Positions 35,326 to 46,907 of a stretch of DNA of 64,000 nt are shown here, one piece after another. The DNA is from Octopus bimaculoides (Eukaryota). The stretch covers positions 107,303,054-107,367,053 of the forward strand of contig NC_068985.1 in assembly GCF_001194135.2 (NCBI RefSeq). Reading direction: 5' to 3'. The notes under the pieces were generated by a model. That model did not search any database. It saw nothing but the letters and a program-made list of their open reading frames with translations, and was not told the DNA's origin. The position numbers and the translations under genes were made by a program. Within the stretch, counting starts at the first letter, position 1. Every line of letters starts with the position of its first letter.

Positions 35326-37602
35326 GTAAGTGGTCAGTGATGAAAACTTGGAACCATGCAATTCTCCACTCTACCAAAGTCAAGTGAAACAATTATATGC
35401 CTACACACATTTACGCATACGCCCAAGCACGCACACGCCCAAAAACAAACCTCTATATGTACATACATACACTAACACACATATTAAAATTTTTAGGTAA
35501 AATAATATCTAACTGACCACAAAAAATACTAAATTCCTTCATAAACAATGCATATATATACATACAAATATAGATATACGATTTACATATGGAGAGATAC
35601 AGAATTGCTTAAAATGTAGCTTTTAATATATCTTTAAGAGATTTTTAACAAGTTTTTAAAAACATCAGCTTTTTAATTCTCGCCAGCTGAAAGAAACGGT
35701 AACTTACAATGCTTAGTACCTTTGTGCGTGTATATATNNNNNNNNNNNNNNNNNNNNNNNNNNNNNNNNNNNNNNNNNNNNNNNNNNNNNNNNNNNNNNN
35801 NNNNNNNNNNNNNNNNNNNNNNNNNNNNNNNNNNNNNTACACACACGCACACACAATATATGTGGCTGTATATTCATATATATGTGTGTGTGAATATTCA
35901 TATATATGTGTGTGTGTATATACATATATATATATATAATGTTTATACACATAGACATGCGCGCACACATGCATATGTATATTTCCCTTTTAAAAATATC
36001 TTTTTCATGGCTCGGAATGTCTGAGTTGTGTATGAGGAGATATTTTGCCTCACAGGCAGGCATATAGCTGGCTCTCGCATGACACCAGCAACAACCATTC
36101 TTCTTTCACTCCCTACTATTTTCTTTCCTGCAGTAGCTAAATCAATAAGCGAGGATTCTTTTAAAAACCATTTCTATATTTTAATTGATTAATTTTTACC
36201 TTTAAAAAGCTTACTACTAGAGACAGACACTAAGTAATAGCCGTGCAATGTCTTGTCTGCACAGCAATTAAAATCTTAATGTACTATACTTTAATTGATG
36301 TGGTTGCAGCGAAATTTTTCCCTTCCTTTTTTTTCTTTTTCTTTTCTATTAAATCCATTTTAACATACATCGTACCTCCTTTCTTAAAAGTAATTTAAAT
36401 ACGTCTGTTAAATACATTTGTAAGGAGTTTTATCTTACATTTTTATTACGCAATGATTTTTATTCTTTTTTATCTCTTGAAATTCTCTTGTACATTTACC
36501 ATCTCTCTATCTCTTTCTCTCCCTCTCTCGGTTTCTTCCATCTCCTCCTCTCTCTCTCGATTCGTCTGCTTCTCCTCCTCTCTGATCGTCTGTCTCTCCC
36601 TCTCTACTACGCTCTTCCGTTTCTGTCTCTCTTCCTCTTTTGTCCTCCTCCCCTTCAGTTACTATTCCATTCATCACACACACTTTCACCATCCATTAAC
36701 TTGTTTCATTTCATGAGCTTTCCTGCTAATCCAACCTCTCTTCACTTCTCTGCACTTCTCTTCTCTCGTCTTTTCATTATGTTTCCTTCTTTCACTTTGT
36801 ATTCTCCCCGTGATCTTTGTGCTCTGTATCCTCTTCCTTTCTTTTTATTTCCTCCGCTATTCTCTCTCTTCTCACCCCCCCCTCACTCGACTCTCCACCC
36901 GACAAATATCGCTTTAAAATTTTCCCTACCTCCTGTGTATTTAACAATTTTAACTGGTTTCCCATAAGTACATTGGCTACGATGTTGCTTTTAGAGTAGG
37001 TAGGTTACACTACCTCACACATTTTCTGCCAAAATATTGGCACAGCACCTTGCTCTGTTCGTCTTCATTATTAACAAACAGGCACGTGATACATCTGGGG
37101 AAATATCTTTCGTTTAAAAAAATTAATAAAGCTGTATAAAGGAATTGTTGAGGTTTTGAGATATAGAAGGAATAAAAACCCTGTTCAATATTAGAATGTG
37201 TTTGTATTGGAGACTTGTGTAATTTGTTTACCGATTAAAGATATAAATATATACATTACATTAAAGATTCACATATATACATCACTTAGTGTCTTACTTT
37301 ACACGCACATGTATATATAAGTGTGGATGTGTGGGTCGATTTATGCAACCCCAGCATGACCGTAGTCATGACTGAAACAAAAGAATATATATATAATAAG
37401 TGAGTATATGCATATATACGTACATGTATGTACATACCTACATCTACATGTATATACAGATGCATATCTGGGTACAGGACGTCACAAAAAAACGTGGACA
37501 AAATGAAAAACAACAAACAGAGCACAGAAAACAAACAGGCCACATAGAGAATATTTCCTTCATCAGCTGCCCCTATTCTAAACTAAGCGTTTCGAAGAGT
37601 AG

Positions 37603-37642
<40 letters not shown>

Positions 37643-40307
37643 NNNNNNNNNNNNNNNNNNNNNNNNNNNNNNNNNNNNNNNNNNNNNNNNNNNNNNNNNN
37701 NNNNNNNNNNNNNNNNNNNNNNNNNNNNNNNNNNNNNNNNNNNNNNNNNNNNNNNNNNNNNNNNNNNNNNNNNNNNNNNNNNNNNNNNNNNNNNNNNNNN
37801 NNNNNNNNNNNNNNNNNNNNNNNNNNNNNNNNNNNNNNNNNNNNNNNNNNNNNNNNNNNNNNNNNNNNNNNNNNNNNNNNNNNNNNNNNNNNNNNNNNNN
37901 NNNNNNNNNNNNNNNNNNNNNNNNNNNNNNNNNNNNNNNNNNNNNNNNNNNNNNNNNNNNNNNNNNNNNNNNNNNNNNNNNNNNNNNNNNNNNNNNNNNN
38001 NNNNNNNNNNNNNNNNNNNNNNNNNNNNNNNNNNNNNNNNNNNNNNNNNNNNNNNNNNNNNNNNNNNNNNNNNNNNNNNNNNNNNNNNNNNNNNNNNNNN
38101 NNNNNNNNNNNNNNNNNNNNNNNNNNNNNNNNNNNNNNNNNNNNNNNNNNNNNNNNNNNNNNNNNNNNNNNNNNNNNNNNNNNNNNNNNNNNNNNNNNNN
38201 NNNNNNNNNNNNNNNNNNNNNNNNNNNNNNNNNNNNNNNNNNNNNNNNNNNNNNNNNNNNNNNNNNNNNNNNNNNNNGTTGCGTCTTGCAACCTTTTCAA
38301 TAGTCTTGACAAAAATTTTAGTAAAATAAAAAAAAATAAAAAGGAATAAGTGAAAATTTTACCGGTGAGTGTGTTAAATTTTAAGGCACAAAAAAAAATG
38401 ACTCTCCCCAGACACAACAGACTATATATAGATAGATGTGCGTGTGTATATATGTGTGTGGCTACAGTTGTGGAGTTGCTGCAGGCTGTTGCTGGTGATG
38501 TGGGTGCCATCAGTGCTGTTAATTCTGGGCATGTGACTGGTTGTTACACTTGTGCTGGCACAGTCATCATCTCTGGTTGTAGAGGTGTTGGTGCTACAGT
38601 TGAAGTTGTCAGTGTCTCTGTCACTGCTACCTCTGATGTTGCCATTGTTGTCACTGATGTTGGATGAGCTGCTGTTATTACTCTGGTTGTTGGGGCTAGA
38701 TACAACCGTAGCCTCATATATGACTCCCTTAGCCTTGCCTTGCATTGCACACACACACACTGGGAAGTCATTGTACTCTGCATAAGCAACTGGCCTCTGC
38801 TTGGGTTTCATGGGTGTTCACCAATATTCTTTTCATTTTGGGCGCACAACTAAAGGAAACCCTTAGGTTGTGCCTATTGAACAAACGTCCATACCTATGT
38901 GTCTGCCATATCTGTATCTATAAATATATAGCTCTGTATGTGTGTATATCACTCAAAAGATATGTTACAAACAATACATTCTATGTTTCAGATAACCAGG
39001 TAGAAGGAGAGATGCTGCTGGAATTTACTGATGCCGACCTCAAAGATATCTTTGAAGTATTCAAGGATAGATTTTTAATTCGGAAATTGCTTCGAGAACT
39101 TTATGGTCCAAACAACTCTTCATGTCGTTTAGCAAAGCCCATTGCACCTCCAACAGTGAGTAGCCCTGTTGTATCAAATCCCCACTCAGTTCTAGCATCT
39201 ACATCCTTATCTTCATCACAAATAACTTTTCCATCATCACAAACATTTGTGACATCAACACCCAATGCTATAATACCTTTGCCCTCTCCCAAAATCACAC
39301 CAGAGCCCATTCTGACCCAAGTCACACATGTTCTTCCCACTAAAACAGTAAACCTGGAATCTTACAACAAAACATCTCCACTAGTTATTATTTCAAACCA
39401 ACAGAAAAAACCCAGTCCAAATACCACTATATCACAACTGACTGATATCCAGAACCCACCACTCCATACTAACAATTTTATTCCAACAGAGCAGCAAGAT
39501 TCAGAAGTGGGAGTTGTAACTTCATTGCATTCAAACTCACTTTCTGTCAGTAATTTTGTCAATTCTGATACAGCTATTTATTCTTCTCCTAAAACTTCAG
39601 ACACATCCACTACACTCATACAACAGGGAGAAGTTCAGACGCATGTGATAGAAGATGATGATGATGTTGTTGATTATCCTCAGAATGATGTGTATATTGT
39701 TGATGGCTGGGGTGCGTGCCGAATCAAAGAATTCACTGCTGAAGAGCTACTTCGAAGGAAAGTACGAAGGGGTCGTCCGACTGAAGCTCAGAGACTTGGA
39801 CGCTCACTTTTGAGGGAGGCTGCTACAACAGCAAAAATATGGCACAGAGCACCTCCTTTGAAGATGATTTCTGCAGAAAAAAAAGAAATTTTCTTTCGCT
39901 ATATCTGTCGTGCTGCACCACAGTTGAGTCGGCACAAGCAGTTTGTTTGGATTCGACTCGGTGAAGCATTACAGAACCGACGTAAATATCTCAGTGACAA
40001 GGAATGTGGTCGTCGACAAATGAAAAGGAAGCATGACCCAAATCTATTTATGTCAACACCTCATTCATTATCTAGTCCCTTATTCAACAATACTCGCCCA
40101 ACATCAATTTCAGCAACATCCACATCACTCCTTCCAGCAACATCTTTGCTAAAAAATGAATTCAATCCTATTGTTATTGATTCTAATATTGAAACCAACT
40201 TAGAGACATTACCTATATCAACTGAACAAACCATTAATTCTATAAGCTCTGTCAATCTTACCACTCTTATTAAAGAAGAAGCAGAATCGGAAGGTATCAA
40301 ATACTAG
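35214..40307 (+). CDS. Uncharacterised ~475-aa SAM-domain nuclear protein (SAM + S/T/P-rich linker + AT-hook-like RRGRP + basic helical domain); join(35214-35325,38992-40307)
   Basis: accATGG start at 35214; gtaagt donor after 35325 (phase 1); tttcag acceptor before 38992; second exon lies in the 520-codon ORF 38745-40307. Splicing rebuilds a SAM-like fold: FNTDALILFLSKHGISQAGLKSLR-D-NQVEGEMLLEFTDADLKDIFEVFKDRFLIRKLLREL. The intron contains two gaps, so extra exons are possible. Confidence 0.8.
38992..40307 (+). CDS. SAM-protein coding exon 2 (1316 nt, to TAG stop)
   Basis: Longest gap-free ORF in the window; SAM C-terminal half, RRGRP at 39765-39779, helical domain ~39687-40030. Confidence 0.9.
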
Positions 40308-41197
40308 ACACCAACATAATCTCCATTGATAATTCTGATTGCCTTCTTTGTTTATGTTGAAAGATTTTAAGACCACAAGCTGGTATTGAGAAGTGCAGTA
40401 TCTGGAAAGTCACAAATTTGCTGCAGGTAACACAGCTACACAAGTAGCCCTTTATACATTATTGGCTATGGTCTGATTGACCTGGGTATTCCAATGAAAA
40501 AAAAAACAATGCTACTCCTTCTGCTTTGTGCGTAAACCATCATTGTTAAATGTTCACCTCTCCATGCTTGCATAGGTGAGATGGAATGTTGGGGCAAATT
40601 TTCTATGGTTAGATGCCCTTCCTGTTCCTAAGCAAGATAACATTTCCCCTTGGCCAGACATGTTTTTCATGGAAGACTGGAAATGAACATCACTTGTATG
40701 ATGTTTGTTTATGATCATTACATGGCACCAAGACAAGGGTACACACACGATGGGCTTCTTTCAAATGCAGTCAAGGCTTTTGTCAGCCTTATTCTACAGT
40801 AGAAAACACTTGTCCAAATTGCTTGCAGTGGGACTGAACCTGTGACTACATGGTGGTGAAGCAAGCTTCTTAACTACACAGCCATGCCTGCACCTATATA
40901 AGAAAATTTATTAACACCACTGCAGTGAAGTAGCTGCAATTTTAAGGTGCTAGGGTGTTGAACAGGTGGTCATAAGTTCAACTCTTGCTACAACCATTGT
41001 GTTCTATGCAGTGATTATCTCATTCTGATTAGTAGAAGGGAACAGTAAGCCGTTTGTAAAGTGACTCACTTCTATGTCTGAATCCACAACTGTTGACCTT
41101 ACAGACTCTGCCAGATTGCAGCAATAGATGTTATATATTGTTTACAGCACAAATTGAACATTGGTCCCTTAATACTGTGATTTCTGTCAGTGGGAGC

Positions 41198-41244
<47 letters not shown>

Positions 41245-41566
41245 TGTGAATTTTAAAGAATGAAATTAGTTTTTCAAAATAAGATGGAAAAAATTTTTAA
41301 ATATTAATATATAAATTTTATCTCTTTACCAAAACTTGTTTGTTTTTATTTTGTCTATGATCAAAGATTTGCTTAGTTGATAATTTTCATTAACTCAATT
41401 GTTTGGTATGCAAATTACTGCTGTCTAAAACTTTTTGTAACCCTTTCCCTACATCTAAAATTATCTAACTATTGAAGTTAGTTCACATTATGTTTTACAA
41501 AGTCCAACGAGATCAAAACTTGTGTTATTGTTCCCCACTTATGAATATCAAAGTTTCCTAAGTTAA

Positions 41567-41979
41567 CCCTATTGTTACTATATTTCTGTTTAGATACACT
41601 GCTTTTGGTTCAATTAATTTTGAAAATAATGAATTTAGTAAAATAACTGTCATTATTAAGCTAGTGTTTGGGACATAAACATATTTTGATGGAAGGTTTT
41701 AATTTAGATCACTATTTGTATCATGGAAACGGAGACAGTTTTAGACAGGCAGATATCAAAAAGGTTAATCCTTTTTGTTAACATATTTCTAAGGAAATAT
41801 ACTGCCTTTATTTCAATTAATTTTGAAAATAAAGAACTTGGCCAAAGACTTTATTATTTATCTGGTGTTTGAAATATAAATTAACATGAAATTTTGCTCA
41901 ATGTCTTAATTTATATCACTTAAAAACAAGAAGTTAGTTCCATAAAACCAGAGCTTTGGCTAGGTTGGGATCAAAATGG
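41567..41979. mobile_element. Tandem dimer of piggyBac MITEs sharing one TTAA (41765-41768)
   Basis: ttaa|ccctattgttac...aaaagg|ttaa|tcctttttgttaac...aaatgg|ttga; internal ttcaattaattttgaaaataa in both. Confidence 0.75.
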
Positions 41980-42914
41980 TTGATACAATTTTTAAAAAAA
42001 TTTCTTAAAATCTTGGTTTCTTTGTAGGTCACATGATTTCTTTCTCCAAACAAGGAGTAAATTTATATCCAGAGATTTTTCTTTTTGCTTAGTATATTAG
42101 TACTTCTTTATCCATATGCATCACATGTCCACAAGTGCTGTCTTCTTTGTAGCACATCTTGATTCCTCATGCCTAGTTTTTCACTCATTGCATTTGCACT
42201 ATTTCATCCATATATACTTACATTGTACATCCAATGGAGCTTAATTCCTTTCCAGTCTTATGTCCTCTGTATTCAATGCACTTTTCATTCCCATGCAATA
42301 TCTAATTTTAACACCTGTCCTTCACTCCAAAGGAAAAAACTGCTACCAGCAGAGGTAGATTACCAAACTTTTTACATCTTGTTCTTAGATTGGCTTCTAT
42401 GCTTTCAGAGCAACCATCTCTGCTGTTAATAACATATCCTAGGCAACAAAAGCTATTTACTTCGAGTGAACCATCCAAACATTTAAGAGTCTATACTACT
42501 GTATGTACGTCATATATGAAGCTTACTTCTTTATTTAAAGTACATGTCAAGGACTACCATACTGTCTTTGGCTGGATTTTTTTCTTCAGAACAGTCCATA
42601 ACATTGGAATTAAGTACACTCCTGCATTGCATCAATTGCTTTATAGAGTGCACTTGCATTTTATCATGATGCCAACATCTAAGAGGTTAAATTTAATGAA
42701 ATGCTACTTTGCAAAAGTTCTGTTTTGCTTTGGAAAGCTTAGAGATGCTGGACTGATCTTGTAGTGATGCTTAATTGGTTTGCAAATTGTTTTTGGCCAG
42801 AGTTGGATGTTGAGAAAAAAACTTGACATCAGTAGAACAGATTCAATTTCCAATGGATGATTGAGGTTTCACACATTTAGCATAAGTGAGGTCATTATGC
42901 TTAAAATAATAATC

Positions 42915-43245
42915 TTTTCTACTACTGGCTCAAGACCTGAAATTTTGAGGGGGTGGGGGAGTAAGTAAATTACATCAACCCCAGTGCTCAACTGGTACCT
43001 ATTTTATCGACCCCAAAAGGATGAAAGGCAGAGTCAACATCAGCAGAATTTGAACTCAGAATAAAAAATTGATGAAATGCTGCAAAGCATTTTGTCCGGT
43101 GCACTAAATTCTGCCAGCTCACATTATTAATAATAATCCTTTCTACTATAGATGCAAGGCCTATAGTGCTTGACTGGTACTTATTTCAATGACCCTGAAA
43201 GGATGAAAAGCAAAGCTGACCTCACCAGAAACTGAACTCTGAACA
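42915..43245 (-). mobile_element. Two MetaSINE-like copies (one full, one partial)
   Basis: ctggtacctattttatcgaccccaaaaggatgaaaggc...tttgaactcag occurs twice. Confidence 0.75.
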
Positions 43246-43257
43246 TAAAGCCATAGA

Positions 43258-43740
43258 CATCATCTTCGTCGTTTAACGTCTGCTTTCCATGCTAGCGTGG
43301 GTTGGACGATTTGACTGAGGACTGGTGAAACCAGATGGCTACACCAGGCTCTAATCTGATTTGGCAGAGTTTNNNNNNNNNNGATTTGACTGAGGACTGG
43401 TGAAACCAGATGGCTACACCAGGCTCTAATCTGATTTGGCAGAGTTTCTACAGCTGGATGCCCTTCCTAATGCCAACAACTCCGAGAGTGTAGCGGGTGC
43501 TTTTATGTGCCACCTGCACAAAGGCCAGTCAGGTGGTACTGGCAATGGCCACGCTCGAAATGGTGTATTTTATGTGCCACCTGCACAGGAGCCAGTCCAG
43601 CAGCACTGGCAACGAACTCACTCGAATGTCTTTTCACGTTGGTAACGGTCATGCTCAAATGGTGTTATTTACGTGCCACCGGCACGAAAGCCAGACAGCT
43701 GGTGCTCTGGCAACGATCACGCTCGGACGGTGCTCTTAGT
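43258..43740 (-). mobile_element. RTE 3' tail with tandem 3'UTR units (spans a 10-N gap with overlap)
   Basis: Reverse complement of 49940-50360. Confidence 0.88.
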
Positions 43741-44611
43741 GATTTACTGGTACTGGTGCCATCACGATTTCGCTTTAAAACATGAGACATAAAAAAACGT
43801 ATGATAAAGAAACAACACAGGTGACAAAATCATGTTTTTCTTTCCTTTTCTTTAATTAAAATTCAGGCAGACTCAAAATTTAAATAGAAATTAATTTATT
43901 CAGAAAGAAATGTCCATGCTAGTTTTTAAACGAGGGAGAAAATAAAACAAATAAAAATATTAGTAAACATTGTTATATTTCTCTCAACCAAATTTGTGTA
44001 TGTATGGGTGTCCTTATATATATATATCCACATTATATATATATTATGCATACACACACAAAAGATTTATTTATATACACATGCACAAGTTTACAAAAAT
44101 ATTCACTTTAAGGTTTGTTTGTTTGTTTTTTGTTGTTAATTTGCTTTGGTTTGCAACTTAATTTAGATGTGGAGACTGATGAGGGTGGATAGACAGCATG
44201 GATAGATGGGCTGAGAGAAAAAAAAAAGAAAAATGAAGGATAAGATGATGGTAAGTCAGCAAAGACCACATAACATTGGTCACCTCCATTCCAATAAGAA
44301 TTTTCTGTCTAGCCGTCTGGAATAAGAACTCATCATCATCAATATGAAGAATAAAATAAAACCTACAATAAATAAATAAATAAATAAAGGAAAACAGGAG
44401 ATATGGGTGGGTTATGAGTACCTTATAGATGTGAAAAGCAGCGAAATCCTTGAACATTCATCTTAACCTCCACCAACCCCCATCCCAGCATTTTTTAATT
44501 CTGAAATTCAATAGATTTACATATTATGCTTTGTATTGAAGCTGGCTGTGCTTTGGATATTATGATACAGATGGGCATTCAACATGGCTTTCCTCCATCA
44601 CATATGTATTA

Positions 44612-44643
<32 letters not shown>

Positions 44644-45284
44644 CATTAATCTGAAGTTGAACAGTAAACAGATGTTTGCATTTAGAAACCAAAGCTAAAC
44701 TTGCAGATGTAAAGAGTGAAGACATGAGAGAAACCACACCGAAACACAGGCTTCAGTGCAACGATCACTACCTTAGGTGTTTCTTCAATGGCACCACCCC
44801 ACCATTATGCCCAACAGGTAAGATATAAACCGTTTGTGCTAGGGTTCAAAACGGCCTTATAATTTTACACATTCCAATAGCAAGGGAACTCATGTAAGCG
44901 GTGGATTCCATGAAGGACATGGAGCCCACATTTTTTCGTCCATCTCAGATATGTACTTTATACTTGAATGCTTTGCATTGAGATGTAAACATACACATTG
45001 ACAGTGCATTTATATATATATATATATATATATAAACTGAAGACAAATGTGACAAGAATAGGAGAGCTCAGTGAAAAATCAGCATAGGAATGGAGAAGTG
45101 AGATAGTTCAGATGTAGAAAAGATAAAAGACAAGGTGGGAAATGACTAATTGTTAAATAAGCCCAGCCATGTAGTAATGAAGCAATTTAGAAATGAACCA
45201 TAGTGTCAAACAGAATACACTTGGGTAACACCAAAGAAACAGTTTAAATTTTTTCACACTACCATTTCACTTTGNNNNNNNNNN

Positions 45285-45330
<46 letters not shown>

Positions 45331-46817
45331 TGTACACACACACTGTCCAACAATATCTAATGGACTTTTAATGAATTTTTTTTTTGTTTTTAATAGATTT
45401 TTGATAACTCATAAAAATATCATATATTTAATTATTCTAAATGAGAGGAAAATGAAAACACAAATTTATAGTGATTTCTGTGTGTGTGTTTCTGGTTGGC
45501 AATATAATTGGACTCTAAATGTATTTTAAGGATGAACACAACCACAATACAACTGTTAATGGAGGTGGCAAGAAAACAGGACGTCAAAATGGTAGGAGAA
45601 GAAAAGACAATCACATCAGTGGTTGCAGCTGAATGCTACAAGATCACTGGAAAGGAAAGACAGATATGTAAAGCATGTTCATTAAATTAGCCTCACCGGT
45701 GGTCAGTTGAAAGAAACATTTGAAATTATACACCCCCGCCACACAAAATTGAAGAAAATTCAGGCAAAATACATGAAAATAAGTCGATTTAACCAACATT
45801 TTCATAATCCTGAGGAAGATGTTCGTTCAGAATTTTAATGAGAAATATAAAAACTAAAAACAGGCAGCAACAAGCTGACTAAAACCACATCACAGGAGAT
45901 GAACAGTAATTTAACCAAGAGCCATGTTAGTCCCAACATCTCCGGTGTAAAATTCACCATGGTATAATGGAAATTTCCATAGTTCTTTAAAAATATACAC
46001 ATATATATATATACATATATATATAACCATAAATCCAGAGGAAGTTCAAACACAGAAAAATCATTGTACTGATGAATTCGTTATTGAAAGCTCAAAGCAA
46101 TTATAATTCGATTTTAAACTGATTCCTCTCAAACTATTCAAACAGCTCATGTGGACTAGCTGAGTAACGATGATAGAGTAATTAACGAAAGAAATTAGTT
46201 TGACAGGAAGCTAACGTGATGCTAAGATGACAAAAACCGAAGTACGAATGATGCAAAAGTATAACCAACAACATTGAACTAGTGTGTAATCTCACCGGAC
46301 CTTAACCATGATGCAAATTTCAGAGGATTATAAAACGGTTAAGATGAAACTAAGTTACATGCCATAGCAACACAACCAACAACCACAATTTCATAACCTA
46401 ATTCTGTAATAAATAAAAATAAATTCAGTTTTGGATGGAGGGAGAACTATTAGGAGGCTCACTTCAAAATATTGCTACAATGCTGTGTGGAGGACATAAT
46501 GAGTCTCAATATTATTTAACAAGCTGTATCTTATGAGGTACTCAGCAAGATGAAGCAGAAAGATGAGAGCCAGGGAAAGGAGAAAGGAATGAACAAAACA
46601 AAACCTACAATTTAAAAGGGAAAAAAAAAACCAGCCTATTTAATAATTGGAAATTATAAATCATTGAACCATGGTAACTTAAACGTTGCATGCTGTTGAT
46701 ACCACCACCATTGTCAACTTCTAAAAATTGAAAGCAGGCCTTGTGTTGAGTGAGCCCTGCTATGAAGATAAGCGAGATCAATTCTCCTAGCTGGAAATAG
46801 GTGGATGATAATCAGGC

Positions 46818-46907
46818 TCAGTAACAACTCACAGTGACGGATCTCTTGTCACGATTCTTAGCACGAGCTTTGGTACGTTTTTTCTCCACCGATATATTGT
46901 AGTAGTT
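46818..46907 (-). CDS. IFRD1: IFRD last coding exon: NYYNISVEKKRTKARAKNRDKRSVTVSCY*
   Basis: tttcag acceptor, TGA stop; conserved basic C-terminal tail. Confidence 0.92.
   Translation of the reverse strand, partial: NYYNISVEKKRTKARAKNRDKRSVTVSCY

Noticed and set aside
33323-36967. Hydrophobic L/S/F-rich ORFs (33323, 33949, 34401, 34406, 36453, 36488)
   Set aside because: Translations of CT/GA low-complexity DNA.
38422-38811. Overlapping ORFs on both strands (S/T/N-rich and V/A/G-rich)
   Set aside because: A degenerate (GTT/GGT/GCT)n tract in the SAM-gene intron that is stop-poor by composition, with no domain and no convincing splice pair.
38745-38991. N-terminal 82 aa of the 520-aa ORF
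   Set aside because: Intronic read-through with (CA)/(TA) repeats; the real exon starts at the 38992 acceptor.
41202-41239. Long poly(A) run
   Set aside because: No TSD or processed-pseudogene body recognised; a simple homopolymer.
43298-43450. Exact ~65-bp direct repeat on both sides of a 10-N gap
   Set aside because: Unmerged contig overlap, not a biological duplication.
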